A stretch of 62,999 nt of DNA, the filler included, from Octopus bimaculoides (lineage: Eukaryota): NCBI RefSeq assembly GCF_001194135.2. It is 6 parts of 5 records of this genome, joined end to end, with 100 filler letters (N's around TTAATTAATTAA, not from the genome) between each part and the next. Parts side by side here need not be neighbours in the genome. Positions count along the whole stretch, not along the records: positions 61,281 to 62,999 come from NC_068981.1; 5 more parts are not named here. One strand, 5' to 3'. The position numbers and the translations under genes are program-made. Position 1 is the first letter of the stretch; each line of letters opens with the position of its first letter. Under the pieces are notes generated by a model. That model ran no database searches and was not told where the DNA came from. It saw nothing but the letters and a program-made list of their open reading frames with translations. Positions 61,770 through 62,999 of the stretch are shown one piece after another.

Positions 61770-61985
61770 GCTTCAAATTTTTGCACAATTCCAGTAATCT
61801 AGTGGATAGGACTAGTTGATTACATTGACCCTAGTACTAAACTGGTACTTATTTCACCGACCCAAAAACTATAAAGGGCTAAGTTTTCCCTAGAGGCATT
61901 TGAACTGAAAACATAAAGCTGGAAGAAATGCCGTTAAGCATTTTGTCCGGCGCGGAGACAATTTTGATAGTTCACCTCCTTAAGG
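61770..61985 (-). mobile_element. Degenerate family A SINE
   Basis: cattgaccctagtactaaactggtacttatttcaccgaccc...gaagaaatgccgttaagcattttgtccggcgcgg. Confidence 0.8.
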
Positions 61986-62466
61986 TTGCATAGTGAGTTG
62001 CATAGACATAGTGAGTTCAATCAGAATCAGTTACTTTGATGAACTGGAATGGAGTAATCTATTCAGCCTCAAGTCACTCTTCCTGACGACTTTTGGTTGT
62101 TGATTCATCCTGGAAAATCTGGTGAGCACTCCCAGTCATCCGCACCAGCCAGAAGACTCAACTCACGAACCCCCGCATAGCATAGCTCCTCCTGGGCATG
62201 ATTTGCTGCCCCTGTAGTGTAGAATGTTCTTGTAGATTCTGCTTTTACCCTTTTACTTATCACGCGTACGATCACCCTAATCACTGTTACTCCGATTCTC
62301 CTGGCGGATAATGTTAAAGGAGTGAAGATTTATCGAGAATATACTCAGACACTTACATGTTACTTGAAACGTCGGATATTTCAGTTAAGCAAATAAATGA
62401 ATAGTCATAAGTGAAGCCGACAAGGATCCATTTTCTTAATATTTGAGCATATAATTTTCCTTTATA

Positions 62467-62596
62467 ATAGAGATAGATAGATAGATAAACAGACAGACGG
62501 AAGGACGGAAGGATGGACGGATACACAAGTAGACAGACATATAGATGAATGGTTCGATGGATGGATGGATGGATGGAGGAATCGATGGATGGATAG

Positions 62597-62655
<59 letters not shown>

Positions 62656-62665
62656 AAGACAGATA
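62467..62665. repeat. (GATA)n/(GATG)n/(GACA)n tetranucleotide tract (representative of many (TA)n, (CA)n, (GA)n, (TCTA)n and (AAT)n tracts throughout)
   Basis: Directly visible; most N gaps abut such tracts. Confidence 0.97.
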
Positions 62666-62954
62666 TACATGTGTGTGTTTATGTGTCATATTTAGATATT
62701 GTATTGAGTATGTGTCGTTACTTGTTATTTTATTGATTTTAGCAATGCTTGAACTTATACTACATACGTTACAAAAGAACAGAACACAAGAGTAGACCAT
62801 TCTGATACCAGTGCAGACTGTTGATGGTTCAATGACAAAACTCTAGTTGCTATTGTATTAGGAACGGTAACTACCAAATACAAAAATAAAGTAAATAACC
62901 ACCGGCTAATGGCAGAAAACCATTGTCAAGAAAATCATTATATTGATGAACACC

Positions 62955-62999
<45 letters not shown>

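Overview
AT-rich (about 12% N, 29 gaps), microsatellite-saturated animal genomic DNA. The SINE families and repeat style point to a coleoid cephalopod, most likely Octopus (inference from recalled repeat families, no search run). No intact host gene can be called: nearly all ORF-track entries are microsatellite or N artefacts. All recognisable protein-coding sequence is decayed transposon: an RTE LINE with a PHD-type finger inside its RT region (56.8-58.7k), a second RTE family (50.0-50.4k), HERO-like and CRE-like RLE retrotransposons (27.9-28.9k, 59.5-60.5k), a gag-like zinc-knuckle ORF1 (61.3-61.7k), a Ty3/gypsy gag (55.0-55.7k), two mariner N-termini, a hAT BED finger and several MITEs. About 30 copies of four SINE families are present, several with clean TSDs. 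The two most unusual signals are (1) three or more families of minimal type-I hammerhead-ribozyme motifs in small (TA)n-embedded or foldback elements, and (2) two blocks of apparently unique non-coding sequence (20.9-21.2k and 29.5-29.7k) with collinear, inverted, patchily conserved counterparts at 44.3-44.6k and 42.7-43.0k, suggesting an old inverted duplication of a regulatory module or spliced transcript. Five TTAATTAATTAA islands in 100-bp N spacers are artificial joins, so adjacency across them is not guaranteed.
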